From the NCBI GenBank assembly GCA_025965615.1, contig JAOPWP010000167.1:1-54693 (forward strand): 54,693 nt of DNA, given 5' to 3'. The translations under genes were made by a program, and so were the position numbers. Below the pieces are notes generated by a model. That model searched no databases. It was not told the origin of the DNA and saw only the letters and a program-made list of their open reading frames with translations. Positions 54,101 to 54,693 of the stretch are shown one piece after another; positions within the stretch are counted from its first letter, which is position 1; every line of letters begins with the position of its first letter. This DNA is from Frankiales bacterium (lineage in GTDB: Bacteria > Actinomycetota > Actinomycetes > Mycobacteriales > SCTD01).

Positions 54101-54693
54101 CCGATGAGCAGCAGTCGCTGCGCAAGACGGTCGAGGAGTTCGCCCGCGAGGTCGTCGCTCCGGTGTCCTACCACCACGACAGGACCAAGACCTTCCCGTA
54201 CGACGTCGTGCGCCAGATGGGTGAGATGGGCCTGTTCGGCCTGCCGTTCCCGGAGGAGCACGGCGGCATGGGCGGTGACTACTTCACGCTGTGCCTCGCG
54301 CTCGAGGAGCTCGCACGGGTCGACCAGAGCGTCGCCATCACCCTCGAGGCGGGGGTCTCGCTGGGGGCCATGCCGATCTTCCGGTTCGGCACCGACGAGC
54401 AGAAGGCCACCTGGCTGCCGCTGCTCGCGTCGGGTCAGGCGCTGGGCGCGTTCGGGCTGACCGAACCCGGCGGGGGAAGTGACGCCGGGGCCACCCGCAC
54501 GACTGCGGCGCTCGAGGACGGCAGCTGGGTCCTCAACGGCAGCAAGGCCTTCATCACCAATTCCGGCACCGACATCACCCGCCTCGTCACCGTCACGGCC
54601 GTGACCGGCACGACCAGCAGTGGCAAGAAGGAGATCAGCTCGATCCTCGTCCCGGTGCCCACCGAAGGGTTCACGGTCGAGCCGGCTTACGAC
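54082..54693 (+). CDS. Acyl-CoA dehydrogenase (isovaleryl-CoA dehydrogenase-like), partial, continues past the window end
   Basis: Own translation from the ATG at 54082 (SD GGAGGG): [27 protein letters not shown]...GLTEPGGGSDAGATRTTA...WVLNGSKAFITN. It is not in the ORF track because no stop falls inside the window. It overlaps the hmgL end by 19 nt. Confidence 0.85.
   Translation, partial: MLDTRLTDEQQSLRKTVEEFAREVVAPVSYHHDRTKTFPYDVVRQMGEMGLFGLPFPEEHGGMGGDYFTLCLALEELARVDQSVAITLEAGVSLGAMPIFRFGTDEQKATWLPLLASGQALGAFGLTEPGGGSDAGATRTTAALEDGSWVLNGSKAFITNSGTDITRLVTVTAVTGTTSSGKKEISSILVPVPTEGFTVEPAYD

Noticed and set aside
1-54693. Search for CRISPR arrays, tRNA/rRNA genes, IS elements, integrases, att-like flanking repeats and toxin-antitoxin or classic defence genes
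   Set aside because: Nothing fitting these categories was seen by eye in any frame or intergenic region. The window does not look like a mobile or defence island.

Overview
This window looks like a very GC-rich, gene-dense chromosomal segment of an Actinomycetota genome. Third codon positions are almost all G/C, and GTG starts and 1-8 nt start/stop overlaps are frequent. The taxonomic call is my inference and cannot be verified here. I support about 46 protein-coding genes. I saw no rRNA, tRNA, CRISPR array, transposase, integrase or prophage genes. All family assignments come from motifs I recognise in the translations; no database search was run.

Layout by coordinate:
- 0.1-7.2 kb: PotABCD-like ABC importer, IclR regulator and acetoacetyl-CoA synthetase.
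- 7.4-13.7 kb: EamA exporter, quinone reductase, Mn catalase, hemerythrin-like protein and a MASE1-GGDEF-EAL c-di-GMP enzyme.
- 13.7-22.9 kb: lipid and acyl-CoA genes (alpha/beta hydrolase, WS/DGAT, two acyl-CoA ligases, a class-I disulfide reductase, an enoyl-CoA hydratase), interrupted by a DUF5685-like protein with a Cys-rich tail.
- 23.1-27.2 kb: orphan ComF-like phosphoribosyltransferase and a translationally coupled GT4 / Gfo-Idh-MocA / zinc-less MDR operon, preceded by five tandem 13-nt repeats.
- 27.4-32.0 kb: an LEA-like / holin-X-like / DUF3618-like membrane triad, a spore-photoproduct-lyase-family radical SAM gene and a GAF-PP2C phosphatase.
- 32.1-37.7 kb: TetR (PaaR-like) and fused chorismate mutase-prephenate dehydratase, divergent from paaABCDE.
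- 37.9-44.1 kb: one giant LPXTG surface protein of about 2060 aa.
- 44.1-48.9 kb: hisD, a PAS-GAF-PP2C-HATPase sensor, an SDR and an AhpD-like protein.
- 48.9-54.7 kb: TetR plus a leucine-catabolism (liu-like) cluster: MCC beta, MCC alpha, HMG-CoA lyase and a partial acyl-CoA dehydrogenase.

The best candidates for undescribed biology are:
- the 27.4-30.6 kb stress-type module together with the neighbouring GT operon and its repeat array;
- the giant adhesin with a Cys-stapled propeller-like core;
- the DUF5685-like Cys-tail protein;
- the orphan PRTase.

None of these can be proven novel from sequence alone. Most long ORFs in the track that lie antisense to these genes are GC-driven shadow ORFs.
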